Below the pieces are notes generated by a model. It was not told where the DNA came from, did not search any database, and worked only from the letters and a program-made list of their open reading frames with translations. Below are positions 9,072 to 18,325 of a stretch of 64,000 nt of DNA, one piece after another. The DNA comes from Elusimicrobium minutum. Its GTDB lineage: Bacteria > Elusimicrobiota > Elusimicrobia > Elusimicrobiales > UBA9959. The position numbers and the translations under genes are program-made. Numbering within the stretch: position 1 is the first letter of the stretch; each line of letters opens with the position of its first letter. The stretch spans positions 7,127 to 71,126 of the forward strand of contig DYIF01000001.1 of the NCBI GenBank assembly GCA_020723765.1, written 5' to 3'.

Positions 9072-9329
9072 AATAATATTGTAGCAGAGGTTTGAAAGAT
9101 AAACAAGAGAGTATTTTAGGGGTTAGAGAATAGGCAATAGAAATAGAGAGGTAAGGATTTAGTATGGGATATGGGGCCAAAGACCTATTTACAATTGGGT
9201 CTTTTGGAGGTTGAGACGTTGATTTTTATCAATTAAATTGTATTTAGTTGCTTGTAATCTTCAAGATTGGTTGAAGAGCATCCACCTAAAGACCCACATC
9301 TTTAGTCACCAGGCAAAAGGAAGGTATTT

Positions 9330-10331
9330 ATGCCTTTAACCAATCTAATCAAAAACATAGCAAAACTGCTACTAACGATTTTTTTATTTCAATATTACTC
9401 CGATTCCGCCGAAAGTATAGAAACATTAAAATCAAACCAGTATCTTTCTTATAGTAGTTATGTAAATAAAAGCAAAATATTTTCAGACTCCATCCCCATA
9501 GCCTCGCCGGAAGTCGATACGACTACAAAAACCTCCTGCGATTTTAAGGTTTATTTCATAGACGTAGGACAGGGGGATTCAGAATTTATACAACTACCCA
9601 ACTGCAAAACGGCCTTAATAGACGGGGGACCTTCGGCGTCTAAAACATCCAAATTCGTCTCTTTTTTAAAAAGCAATAATATCAACTCCATAGATTATGT
9701 TGTTCTGACCCATCCTCACGCCGATCACTTCACGGGACTCGGATATGTATTCGATAATCTTAACGTTGCCAATTTTTACGATACTAAAGAAAACAACCCG
9801 AAATCTTCCACTCTTCAAAAAGTAAGAGAAAAAGCGAAAAACAAAGAAGGGCTCAACATTATTTATCCGTCCGCCGGAGATACACTTAACTGGGACAAAG
9901 ATGTTTCGGTTAAAGTTCTTCATAGCTGCGACGTTCCCGGAGAAAGCTCTCAGGGAGACGTTTTAAATAATTGTTCTATAGTAATAAAAATGACTTATCA
10001 AAACACTTCGATACTTTTTATGGGAGACAGCGAAGAAGAAGTCGAAAAAGAGCTTATTTCCAAATACGGCGAAGAACTCAGAGCGGATGTGATTAAAGTG
10101 GCTCATCACGGAAGCGCCACAGCATCCTCCGCGGAATTTTTGAAAACAGTCAAACCGAAAAAAGCATACATAGAAGTTGGAAAGAACAGCTACGGTCTAC
10201 CTGTGACGGATATAATATCCAGAATAGAAAGCTACGGCGCCACAGTTCATAGAACAGATATCGAAGAAACAATGGAATATAGAATAATTAAAGCCGTAGA
10301 AAACGAAAACATCCCCGTAGAAGAAAAATAA
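9330..10331 (+). CDS. Exported MBL-fold metallo-hydrolase (ComEC C-terminal domain-like)
   Basis: VLTHPHADHFTGL (HxHxDH) and VIKVAHHGS motifs. YFIDVGQGDS is typical of the ComEC/Rec2 lactamase_B domain. Confidence 0.75.
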   Translation: MPLTNLIKNIAKLLLTIFLFQYYSDSAESIETLKSNQYLSYSSYVNKSKIFSDSIPIASPEVDTTTKTSCDFKVYFIDVGQGDSEFIQLPNCKTALIDGGPSASKTSKFVSFLKSNNINSIDYVVLTHPHADHFTGLGYVFDNLNVANFYDTKENNPKSSTLQKVREKAKNKEGLNIIYPSAGDTLNWDKDVSVKVLHSCDVPGESSQGDVLNNCSIVIKMTYQNTSILFMGDSEEEVEKELISKYGEELRADVIKVAHHGSATASSAEFLKTVKPKKAYIEVGKNSYGLPVTDIISRIESYGATVHRTDIEETMEYRIIKAVENENIPVEEK

Positions 10332-10371
10332 ATCTTTGTTTTAGCTTTAAATTATTGCGCAGTTAAAAACA

Positions 10372-12468
10372 TCATTTTGACGATATAACTTTCCCGAATT
10401 CGTCTTTTGAAAGATTTATCGGAAACTCAAAAACAAACTTGGCTCCCATATTCGGCCTATACTCCGCCCATATCTTACCCAAATGAGCTTCGGTTATATG
10501 TTTTGAAATCGTAAGGCCGAGCCCCGTTCCGCCGGCTTTCTGGCCTTTAACCTGTTCGAATTTCCCAAAAACTTTGTCTATGTACTCTAAAGGTATTCCT
10601 TCTCCGGTATCCTCTACCCAGGATTTAAATTTCCCCTCATGTGTCTCAAAACCCACGGTTATCGTTCCGTTATCGGGAGTAAATTTAATGGCATTTCCTA
10701 TAAGATTTATATAAAGTCTCTCGATGAGATTTGCGTCAGCGTTTATTTCGACATTGCTATCGCCTTTAATTTCAAATTTTATAGCTTTTTTTTGAGCCAA
10801 AGGCGCCATCAAATCTACGGATTTTTTGACCAATTCATAAACGTTAAATTTGGTTATATTAAGCTCCATCTTTCCGGATTCCATTTTGGCTATGTCGAGT
10901 ATGTTATTTACCATCTGCAAAAGCCTGAAAGCTGCCCTGTCTATTGAAACCACCATATTCCGTTGATTTTGATTTATCGGTCCCGCTATCTCTTTCAACA
11001 AAAACTCCGCGAAACCCTTTATGGCGCTTACAGGGTTCCTAAGGTCGTGGGTTATGGAATGCAAGAAATCTTCTTTTATTTTTTCGAGTTCCTTATCGTA
11101 TGTAATATCGTAAAAAGTTATAAGATATCCTATGGTATCTTCTTTATCTTTCATTTTTATGTCGTTTATAAAAACCCTGTAAAATCTTTTATAATTTTTA
11201 TGCTCCAATTCGAATTCATACTGTTTTTTATCGGAATTTATAGCCGTTTTAACCGAATCTTTTACATGCTCGTTTTTTATCGATTCGAATATGTCTTTAC
11301 CTTCTAAATTTTCGGACTCCGCTCCTATTATGGATACGGCCTTTCTGTTTATAAGTTGTATTTTGTTTTGAAGATCCACCATTATTATTCCTTCTTCGGT
11401 CGAATACATAACGGCCTGAGTGTTCTGCCTTTCCATCAATATCTTCTCTATCTGCATTTTGGAATATTTATCCAGCTCGGACACCATTAGATTAAAATTT
11501 TCCGCCAGATCTTCAAGTTCGTCTTTCGTAGACACCTTAACGCTTACCGAAAAATCTCTTTGGGCTATTCGCTTGCTCGCCTCTATAAATTTTATTATTG
11601 GATTTGAAAGTCCTTTAGACAGGAAATAAGAAACGAATACGACTATCAAGGAAAAGGTTATAAGAACCGCTATCGCTTCTTTTTTAATGCTCATGGCGTA
11701 TTTATAGGCGTCCGAAACCTCTTGAATGGATATTATCGAAACGTTTATATCGGAAAGATTCGATATGGCTCCGAGATAATCGTTTTCGGCGTAGCTCATC
11801 TCCACCGTTCCGTCGGCTTTGTTTGAAATGTAATTTATTATGGGTTCGGATTTAACTATATCTTCCCAGGATAATTTTTGATATCCGGATATTTTAAAAA
11901 GCACCTTTCCTTCTCGGTTTACTATCAATAATCCGCTTTTTTCCCCTATATTTTCGGCGCCGATGTCTTTTAAAAATTCGTTTTCGTCTATTTCAATTTT
12001 TATGAAATAGCTTTTTTTAAAAAAAACAAAGACCATTCTTCCGTTTTCGAAAGAAACCGCTTTGCCGTTTTTGCGGCTTAAATCGAGCAAAGATTTGGTT
12101 ATATTTTTGGATTCGTATTTCTGACTCTTTACTATTTTTATTATCTCGTCCCCGTCATTATTTAAAAGAGAAAGAGAAGATATTTCATCGTAAGAATTAA
12201 ATAGGGACGATAACATTTTTTGTCTTTCGTTCCATTCCCCGCTTGTCCTAAAAAACTCGTCTATGCTTGCGACCATCTTATCGTAATAATCGATTTTAAG
12301 CGTAACCGATTTTTTTATTCCCTCTACCCTGTTTATGTGAAGCTCCGAAATTGGAGTTTTTATTCCAAACTGCGCTTTATTTATCAGGCTTATTCCGAGC
12401 CATATAAGAGGGAAAAGAGTGAAAAAGAGAATCAAGAAGAGAAATTTATAAAAAATTTTAAACTTCAT
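10372..12468 (-). CDS. Sensor histidine kinase (extracytoplasmic sensor, HAMP, PAS, HisKA, HATPase_c)
   Basis: H-box SITHDLRNPVSAIKGF, N-box LIGNAIKFT, G-boxes DTGEGI and GGTGLGL. Two TM segments flank a ~250-aa sensor domain. No response regulator is adjacent. Confidence 0.85.
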   Translation of the reverse strand: MKFKIFYKFLFLILFFTLFPLIWLGISLINKAQFGIKTPISELHINRVEGIKKSVTLKIDYYDKMVASIDEFFRTSGEWNERQKMLSSLFNSYDEISSLSLLNNDGDEIIKIVKSQKYESKNITKSLLDLSRKNGKAVSFENGRMVFVFFKKSYFIKIEIDENEFLKDIGAENIGEKSGLLIVNREGKVLFKISGYQKLSWEDIVKSEPIINYISNKADGTVEMSYAENDYLGAISNLSDINVSIISIQEVSDAYKYAMSIKKEAIAVLITFSLIVVFVSYFLSKGLSNPIIKFIEASKRIAQRDFSVSVKVSTKDELEDLAENFNLMVSELDKYSKMQIEKILMERQNTQAVMYSTEEGIIMVDLQNKIQLINRKAVSIIGAESENLEGKDIFESIKNEHVKDSVKTAINSDKKQYEFELEHKNYKRFYRVFINDIKMKDKEDTIGYLITFYDITYDKELEKIKEDFLHSITHDLRNPVSAIKGFAEFLLKEIAGPINQNQRNMVVSIDRAAFRLLQMVNNILDIAKMESGKMELNITKFNVYELVKKSVDLMAPLAQKKAIKFEIKGDSNVEINADANLIERLYINLIGNAIKFTPDNGTITVGFETHEGKFKSWVEDTGEGIPLEYIDKVFGKFEQVKGQKAGGTGLGLTISKHITEAHLGKIWAEYRPNMGAKFVFEFPINLSKDEFGKVISSK

Positions 12469-12941
12469 AATACGGAAAGATTCTGAGACAATCCTTTCAA
12501 ATAAACCTCTATCCTATAAATATAATATTCCAATTTATAAATCGTTTTTTTAAATTCCGATTTTTGATTTATCTTATTTTTAGCCTCTTTTATCGCCGAA
12601 GAGGTCTGATCCAGCTCGAACTTTATCTGATATATCTGGGATTTTATCTCGCTTTTATTTACAGAGGAATAAATCGAATCCAGCTTCTCCACTGTTTTCG
12701 GTATTATCTTTTCTATCTCGATTAAATCGGATTTTTTTATGGATTCTATTTTATTGCTTTCTATGGCTTTTTCTATTTTAAGTTTATGGGAGGCGTAAAC
12801 GCTTGAAAGCTTTAAAACCGATATATAATCCCTGGACTCGAAAAGATTTTCGTAAGCGATATTTGACAACTGAGAATAACCAGAGAACCCAAAAAACAAA
12901 ATAGATAAAAATAAAAAAAACGATATTTTAAATACGCCCAT
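12465..12941 (-). CDS. Small exported coiled-coil protein, unknown function
   Basis: N-terminal hydrophobic signal/anchor. ATGA overlap with the kinase gene and overlap with the rdgB 3' end indicate operon membership. Confidence 0.5.
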   Translation of the reverse strand: MGVFKISFFLFLSILFFGFSGYSQLSNIAYENLFESRDYISVLKLSSVYASHKLKIEKAIESNKIESIKKSDLIEIEKIIPKTVEKLDSIYSSVNKSEIKSQIYQIKFELDQTSSAIKEAKNKINQKSEFKKTIYKLEYYIYRIEVYLKGLSQNLSVL

Positions 12942-13545
12942 AATATATCACTCTTTCCAGATAAGGTTTTATAAGTTCCAGAGCTTTTCTTCTATGGCTT
13001 ATTTTATTTTTTGTCTCAAAATCCATTTCCGCCAGAGTTTTATCCAGAGCCGGAACATAAAAAACCGGGTCATAACCAAATCCGTTTTCCCCTCTTAAAT
13101 TTTCGGCTATATATCCTTCTATTTCCCCGACCTCGGTATGGGTATCGCCATCAGGAGAGGCTATGGTAATCGCGCATTTAAAAACGGCTTTTCTATCCTT
13201 AAATTCTACGTTTTTAAGAGCGTTAAGAAGTTTTCTGTTATTGTCCGCATATGTGCAACCCTCTCCCGCCCACCTGGCGGAATATACTCCCGGCTCTCCG
13301 CCTAAGACCTGGACAAAAAGGCCGGTATCGTCGGCTATGGAATAAAGGCCCGTAAATCTAGCGACTTCCACCGCTTTTTTCATCGAATTTTCTTCTATTG
13401 TCTTGCCGTCTTCCAGCACATCCGGGATATCGGGATAATCCATAAAACTTTTTAATACGACATCCCCGGAAACGATGTCTTTTATTTCTTTTATTTTGTT
13501 TTTGTTTTTACTCGCTATCATTATCTCTTTGGTAACTATTTCCAT
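12928..13545 (-). CDS. rdgB: RdgB/HAM1 family non-canonical purine NTP pyrophosphatase
   Basis: IASKNKNKIKEI, SIADDTGLFV, GGEPGVYSARWAG, GENGFGYDPVF and SHR motifs are typical of RdgB/ITPase. Confidence 0.85.
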   Translation of the reverse strand: MEIVTKEIMIASKNKNKIKEIKDIVSGDVVLKSFMDYPDIPDVLEDGKTIEENSMKKAVEVARFTGLYSIADDTGLFVQVLGGEPGVYSARWAGEGCTYADNNRKLLNALKNVEFKDRKAVFKCAITIASPDGDTHTEVGEIEGYIAENLRGENGFGYDPVFYVPALDKTLAEMDFETKNKISHRRKALELIKPYLERVIYYGRI

Positions 13546-13588
13546 AATAATTGCAAAATTCGGCTTAAAAAAATATAAAATTTAAGTA

Positions 13589-15643
13589 ATGCTAAACTTA
13601 AACAACAATAACGACACAAATCAAATTTTAAATAATTTTAAGAAAATTTCAAAACTTTATTCTCCTTTAACCGAAATTCAAACGGATAAAATACCCCTTT
13701 TTACCATAAACTCCCAAAACAAAATATTTTTTTCGACGCAAGAAATATTCCCCGCTCCATACTATTTTGCCGAACCTTTTAAATTCCTATATCTCGTTTT
13801 TAATACCCCCGGGGTAAACGAAATAATCTTAAAAACAAAAAATTCCGAAATATCGATAAACAAGGAAACGATTTCTTTAATATTGGGTTTTTTAACAGAC
13901 TTAAAAGAACCTCATATGACATTCGAAAAAGCCATAAGCTCCGACAAACCGCATCTGGCTTTTTATCTTTCTACGATACAAAAAATAGACCCGATTTCTC
14001 TCTCCTTTGCCTGCTTTCGGCTCGGTTTTTACGGAAAAGCCATAACCGAATTAAAAGACGCGACGGACGAAAAAAAATGGATAATATTATCCAAAATTTA
14101 CAGAAAAATCGGCGAGCTAAAAAAATCTTTAGAGGCTCTTAACGAAATTAAATCCAAAGAGTTAGAAGTGGATAAAAATCTGGAATACGCATGGCTTCAT
14201 CTTTCGACTAAAAAACCGGAAAATGCTTATAAAATATTCAAATATTATTCTTCCGAAATAAACGACTCAAGATTATCCGATATATACATTGGAATGGCGA
14301 TGTCCATTTTATCCTTCGATAAAAATCCTCTTCAAGCGGCGGATATTCTAATAAAAATAATCGAATCCGATTTGCCCGACAAAACGGGAGCTTTAAAATT
14401 ACTTTCGGACATATATCTGGAAATAAAAGATTACATTAAAGCGGAAGAGGCCATAATCAAACTTATCTCTATAGAACCATCCCCGCAATTGCTTTACGAA
14501 AAAGCCGTATGCGAATTTAATCTTTCAAAAGACGAAGAGGCTTTTAGGGATTTAACCGAATCCGCGGTATTTATTTCGGAAAAACCCGTTTCTTTTTTAA
14601 AGTTGGTTTCGGCGGAAAGAATCAAAAAAACGATATCCGAAAACATAGTATTAAAAAAAGAAGAAAAAAAAGAAGGCGTAATAGAAGCGGTTCTATCCCC
14701 CGAAGATATATCATCCACTCCCAACATAACAAAACCGACTCAAAAAAAGCCCGAGTTTGTTTCGACATTCGAAATGTCAGAGTTAAAATACGAGATAAAA
14801 AAAGAAGAAGGGGACGAACTGTCGAATATGGCTTTTTCTTTTTCCAGGATCCTCGAAGAAGAGTTTAACAAAAAGGTATATTTCAACTACGAAGGAATCG
14901 ACGACATAGAAAGGAAACTCAGATTAACCCACATGACCGAGATATCCGAAAACGAAAAAAACGAAGTAATAAAATTAAGTTCCGCTTTTTTATTGTTTTT
15001 TTTAAAAGAAAGATTTAAAGCTAAAATAATAAAATATTCCGATATGGATATGTGGTCCTGGCCGGCCGTAATAAAAAACAAATCCGATATGGAACTCGTC
15101 ACATATCCAGCGGCAAGAGCCTATTTGATAGATTCTCCGACTCTGCCGGAACAGGGTTGGCTTAGAAAATATATAAATTACCTTTCCGAGTTTATGAATT
15201 TAAAAGAAGAACCCCCCGCGGGATCGCTGGCCGTAAAAAATAATATAAAAAGCAACGAACAAAAAATTTTCGACGCAAAAATAGAACACAAAAAAATACT
15301 TCTAATATCCCAGGACATAGAAGAATCTTCAAATATTCCTCACAACTCCTCCGCCCTGCACAGGCTGGAAACGGAGATAAAAAAAAGATACAAACCTCAG
15401 ATACCCCCGACAACCGAGGGTTGGAAGATTTTAAGATGTTACGCGCATATATTTCTGGAAATGATAATAAAGGATTTTTCTCCGGAGTGGTATAATACCG
15501 AAAAAAACGACGGACTCTGGTCGTTTAAAATATCTCAGGATACATTCATATTTCCCATAGGAAAAGTTTACAAAGCCGCATCGGCCGGAGAAAGTCTAAG
15601 CGAATACTTCGAAACTTTATCAAGAAACTTCAAAAAAAGATAA
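13589..15643 (+). CDS. Hypothetical 684-aa protein with a TPR-like helical region
   Basis: Long ORF with core-like composition. No motif I can assign beyond TPR-like helices in the central third. Confidence 0.5.
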   Translation: MLNLNNNNDTNQILNNFKKISKLYSPLTEIQTDKIPLFTINSQNKIFFSTQEIFPAPYYFAEPFKFLYLVFNTPGVNEIILKTKNSEISINKETISLILGFLTDLKEPHMTFEKAISSDKPHLAFYLSTIQKIDPISLSFACFRLGFYGKAITELKDATDEKKWIILSKIYRKIGELKKSLEALNEIKSKELEVDKNLEYAWLHLSTKKPENAYKIFKYYSSEINDSRLSDIYIGMAMSILSFDKNPLQAADILIKIIESDLPDKTGALKLLSDIYLEIKDYIKAEEAIIKLISIEPSPQLLYEKAVCEFNLSKDEEAFRDLTESAVFISEKPVSFLKLVSAERIKKTISENIVLKKEEKKEGVIEAVLSPEDISSTPNITKPTQKKPEFVSTFEMSELKYEIKKEEGDELSNMAFSFSRILEEEFNKKVYFNYEGIDDIERKLRLTHMTEISENEKNEVIKLSSAFLLFFLKERFKAKIIKYSDMDMWSWPAVIKNKSDMELVTYPAARAYLIDSPTLPEQGWLRKYINYLSEFMNLKEEPPAGSLAVKNNIKSNEQKIFDAKIEHKKILLISQDIEESSNIPHNSSALHRLETEIKKRYKPQIPPTTEGWKILRCYAHIFLEMIIKDFSPEWYNTEKNDGLWSFKISQDTFIFPIGKVYKAASAGESLSEYFETLSRNFKKR

Positions 15644-15670
15644 TTAGCAGTCTTGACAAGCGACTGCTAA
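15644..15670. promoter_or_regulatory. CIRCE-type inverted repeat 1 (putative HrcA operator) overlapping the -35
   Basis: TTAGCAGTC-N9-GACTGCTAA versus the CIRCE consensus TTAGCACTC-N9-GAGTGCTAA. There is one compensated change per arm and the palindrome is perfect. Confidence 0.75.
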
Positions 15671-15681
15671 TCTGCTATAAT
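15653..15681 (+). promoter_or_regulatory. Sigma-70 type promoter of the hsp20 operon
   Basis: TTGACA (15653-15658), 17-nt spacer, TATAAT (15676-15681), preceded by TGc. Confidence 0.75.
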
Positions 15682-15685
15682 ATTA

Positions 15686-15712
15686 TTAGCAATCAATAAT
15701 GTTGATTGCTAA
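15686..15712. promoter_or_regulatory. CIRCE-type inverted repeat 2 just downstream of the -10
   Basis: TTAGCAATC-N9-GATTGCTAA. Perfect palindrome with CIRCE spacing. Confidence 0.7.
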
Positions 15713-15747
15713 ATAAGATATCTAAAAACTGTCAAAAGGAGGAGCTT

Positions 15748-16170
15748 ATGAAAAAAGAGTTATTCCCTATCATAAGACCCGCCGAGATAGACAGGTGGTT
15801 TGAAGACATATTCGAACCCGATTACGGACTCAGGGCCGTAGCGGACAAATATCCCAAAATAGACTTAAAAGAAACCGAAAAAGAACTTATAGTAAACGCC
15901 GAAATTCCGGGGGTCGACAAAAAAGACATTAAGGTGGACGTAAACGAAAACATATTAACCATATCTTTTGAAAAAAAGCAGGAAAAAGACGAAAAAGATA
16001 AAAACGGATGGAGAATAATGGAAAGAAGCTACGGAAGGTTTTCAAGAACCCTAACCCTGCCTCAGGCGGTAAAATCCGAAGGAGCGAAAGCTTCTTATAA
16101 AGACGGGGTTTTGAAAATAACACTTCCTAAACAAAAAGAAACCAAGACAAATACGGTAAAAATAGATTAA
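15748..16170 (+). CDS. Hsp20/alpha-crystallin family small heat-shock protein
   Basis: Alpha-crystallin domain (PKIDLKETEKELIVNAEIPGVDKKDIKV...ERSYGRFSRTLTLP...ASYKDGVLKITLPK). I moved the start to the ATG at 15748 behind an AGGAGG SD (track ORF starts at 15706, inside the operator). Confidence 0.85.
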   Translation: MKKELFPIIRPAEIDRWFEDIFEPDYGLRAVADKYPKIDLKETEKELIVNAEIPGVDKKDIKVDVNENILTISFEKKQEKDEKDKNGWRIMERSYGRFSRTLTLPQAVKSEGAKASYKDGVLKITLPKQKETKTNTVKID

Positions 16171-16183
16171 AAAGGAGGTATGT

Positions 16184-16624
16184 ATGAGAGAAATACAAAG
16201 ATTTTCAAACGAACTCAACAATATGAAAAAACACATAGACAGGATAGTAAATAATTTCTGGAGAGAAGACAACGAAGGGAGCGAAAACGGGAATATTCAA
16301 ACGACTTTTACCCCTCCGGTAAACGCCGTAGAAACCGAAAACGAAATAAAACTATACGCCTTAATACCTTTCGCAAAGAAAGAAGAAATCAATCTTAACA
16401 TAAAAGAAAACGTAATATCCATAGAAGGAAAAACGAACTTCCACATCTCGGAAAAGGACGAGCTATTAAGAGACGAAATACCTTACGGAAACTTCTCAAG
16501 GACTTTCAAAATAGGCTATAACATAGATTCCTCAAAAATAAAAGCGAGCTTCAAAGAGGGAATTCTGGAAATAATACTTCCCAAAAAAGAGGAAGCCAAA
16601 AACAATAAAATCACGATAGAATAA
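16184..16624 (+). CDS. Hsp20/alpha-crystallin family small heat-shock protein (second copy)
   Basis: PPVNAVETENEIKLYALIPF...IPYGNFSRTFKIG...ASFKEGILEIILPK. AGGAGG SD. Confidence 0.85.
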   Translation: MREIQRFSNELNNMKKHIDRIVNNFWREDNEGSENGNIQTTFTPPVNAVETENEIKLYALIPFAKKEEINLNIKENVISIEGKTNFHISEKDELLRDEIPYGNFSRTFKIGYNIDSSKIKASFKEGILEIILPKKEEAKNNKITIE

Positions 16625-16633
16625 CTACAATCG

Positions 16634-16665
16634 CCGGGGAGGACACCTCCCCGGTTTTATTTTTC
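16634..16665 (+). terminator. Intrinsic terminator after the second hsp20
   Basis: ccgggga-ggacacc-tccccgg stem-loop followed by ttttattttt. Confidence 0.7.
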
Positions 16666-16675
16666 GGAGGGAAAA

Positions 16676-17272
16676 ATGAAAAAAAAGATTTTAATATTTA
16701 CCGGTTTATTAACGATCGTATTTTTATCCTCTTATCTTATAGCCCAAAAAAAATCGGAAAACGAAGCAAAAACATTTGAAGAAATGATAAAAAAAGAAAT
16801 AGAAAAGCAAAGAAAAATAGAAAAAGAATTTTTCGACTCTTTTTTCAACGACAGATTTTTTTCCAGAGAATACGACCCGTTTAAAGAAATAGAAGAGTTT
16901 AGAAACAGAATGAATAAAATAATGGGAAACGACGAGAAAATATTCTCCCATTACTTTAACAAGTGGTTCGACGACAGAATAGGAGACTCAAACATAAAAG
17001 TGGAAGAAAAAGAAACGGACAAGGAATACCTTCTAATAATAGATTTATCCGCTCAAAAAGACAAAAACATATCGGTTGAAGTAAAAAAAGATTATATAAG
17101 ATTATACAGGGAAGAAAAGAAAGAAGAGGAACGGGAAAAAGACAACCTTAAATATAAATCCTATTCCTCTTCAAAAACCGAAAGATATATTTCCATTCCC
17201 GATAATCTAAGAGGCAAAGAATACGAAATAGAAACCGAAAAAGATAAGATTACGATAAAATTCAAAAAATAA
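16676..17272 (+). CDS. Exported Hsp20-like (alpha-crystallin-like) protein
   Basis: Signal peptide MKKKILIFTGLLTIVFLSSYLIAQ. The C-terminal half is laid out like an alpha-crystallin domain (IKVEEKETDKEYLLIIDLSAQKDKNISVEVKKDYIRL...ERYISIPDNL...ETEKDKITIKFKK). Confidence 0.5.
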   Translation: MKKKILIFTGLLTIVFLSSYLIAQKKSENEAKTFEEMIKKEIEKQRKIEKEFFDSFFNDRFFSREYDPFKEIEEFRNRMNKIMGNDEKIFSHYFNKWFDDRIGDSNIKVEEKETDKEYLLIIDLSAQKDKNISVEVKKDYIRLYREEKKEEEREKDNLKYKSYSSSKTERYISIPDNLRGKEYEIETEKDKITIKFKK

Positions 17273-17320
17273 CCTATTTAAACGAAAGTTAAGTTTTTGT
17301 ATAATTTAATTATCTACGAT

Positions 17321-17391
17321 TCCGGGATGGTGTAACGGTAGCACAAGCGGCTCTGGACCGCTTTGTCTAGGTTCGAATCCTAGTCCCGGAG
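17321..17391 (+). tRNA. tRNA-Gln (anticodon CUG)
   Basis: Cloverleaf folded by hand:
- acceptor tccggga/tcccgga with a U1-A72 pair and G73 discriminator, a tRNA-Gln hallmark
- D arm gtgt-aacggta-gcac
- anticodon stem agcgg/ccgct with loop ctCTGga
- T arm ctagg-ttcgaat-cctag
CCA is not encoded. TGTATAAT lies 15 nt upstream. Confidence 0.9.
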
Positions 17392-17456
17392 AAAATCCCA
17401 AATAACCAAAAAAGCTAAATTTCCGCTCGCTTCTCATTTATAGTATAATTTATTTA

Positions 17457-18260
17457 ATGCCGAAGAAATATTCTTTAAGAAGATATAAACCTAAAGGAAG
17501 AAAGCTAAGGATAACAAAAACGATAAACTCCAAAAGTTTGTTGATATTCTTTTCTTTTGTCGCTTTTTCTTTTTTTTCGGTTTTCGTTTTTAAAAACACA
17601 TCCAAAATAAATCTTTCAAAATCCGCTTTTTTCTCAAACGTTATTCAATCCGTATCGATATCCCTCAAAGACTCGAAAATAGAAAAGGAATTAAATGAAA
17701 TAATAAGCCGATATAAGACCTCGGTCTTTTCCAAAGACATCAAGGAAGAAATAATATCGGGCATCAAGGCCAAATTCCCTTACCTTACTCAAATAGAATT
17801 AAAATTCAATCCGGTTACCGGGAACCTCAAACTTGAAGCGGAGATTAAAAAATCGATAGGCGTAATAGAACAAGAAGATTCGAAACTATATCTTTTAGAA
17901 GACGGTAGATATTCCAACGTCTCTTACAACGAAGACGATAACCTTCTAAGGATATCGGCAAACCCCCAAAAAAACCTGTCCGAATTTCAGGCGGAAACGA
18001 TAAAAAAGCTATATCTAAACAAAGAAAAATTCGGATTCGACTTTAAAATAAAAATAGACGGGGACAATCTTTATCTCTTATCAGACGATTATCAGATATT
18101 ATGGGGATCCTTTTTTTATTTCGACGAAAAACTTGAAAAAATAAAATATGTTTTGAAAGACGCAAAATCGAAAATAAACGAACCGCTTAATATAGATCTT
18201 AGATTTTTTGAAGAAGGAAAAATATTGGTTTCTCCTAAAAAAACAAATTTGCTAAAATAA
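17457..18260 (+). CDS. FtsQ/DivIB-like cell division protein
   Basis: Basic N-terminus, a single TM segment (LLIFFSFVAFSFFSVFVF) and a periplasmic domain. It sits immediately upstream of ftsA-ftsZ. The call rests mainly on architecture and synteny. Confidence 0.55.
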   Translation: MPKKYSLRRYKPKGRKLRITKTINSKSLLIFFSFVAFSFFSVFVFKNTSKINLSKSAFFSNVIQSVSISLKDSKIEKELNEIISRYKTSVFSKDIKEEIISGIKAKFPYLTQIELKFNPVTGNLKLEAEIKKSIGVIEQEDSKLYLLEDGRYSNVSYNEDDNLLRISANPQKNLSEFQAETIKKLYLNKEKFGFDFKIKIDGDNLYLLSDDYQILWGSFFYFDEKLEKIKYVLKDAKSKINEPLNIDLRFFEEGKILVSPKKTNLLK

Positions 18261-18325
18261 ATTAAAGAAGATTTTTTCTTTCTTAATAAAATTTTAACTT
18301 AAGAGTTCCAAACTTCGGAGAAATT

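Noticed and set aside
9115-9329. Resemblance to tmRNA (a GGGG... 5' start and a ...TCCACCTA end) or to SRP RNA (caccaggc...ggaagg).
   Set aside because: No T-arm (GGTTCGAATCC-type) is present and no acceptor pairing forms between the ends. At ~175 nt the span is far too short for tmRNA. The SRP-like GGAAGG is simply the SD of the downstream gene.
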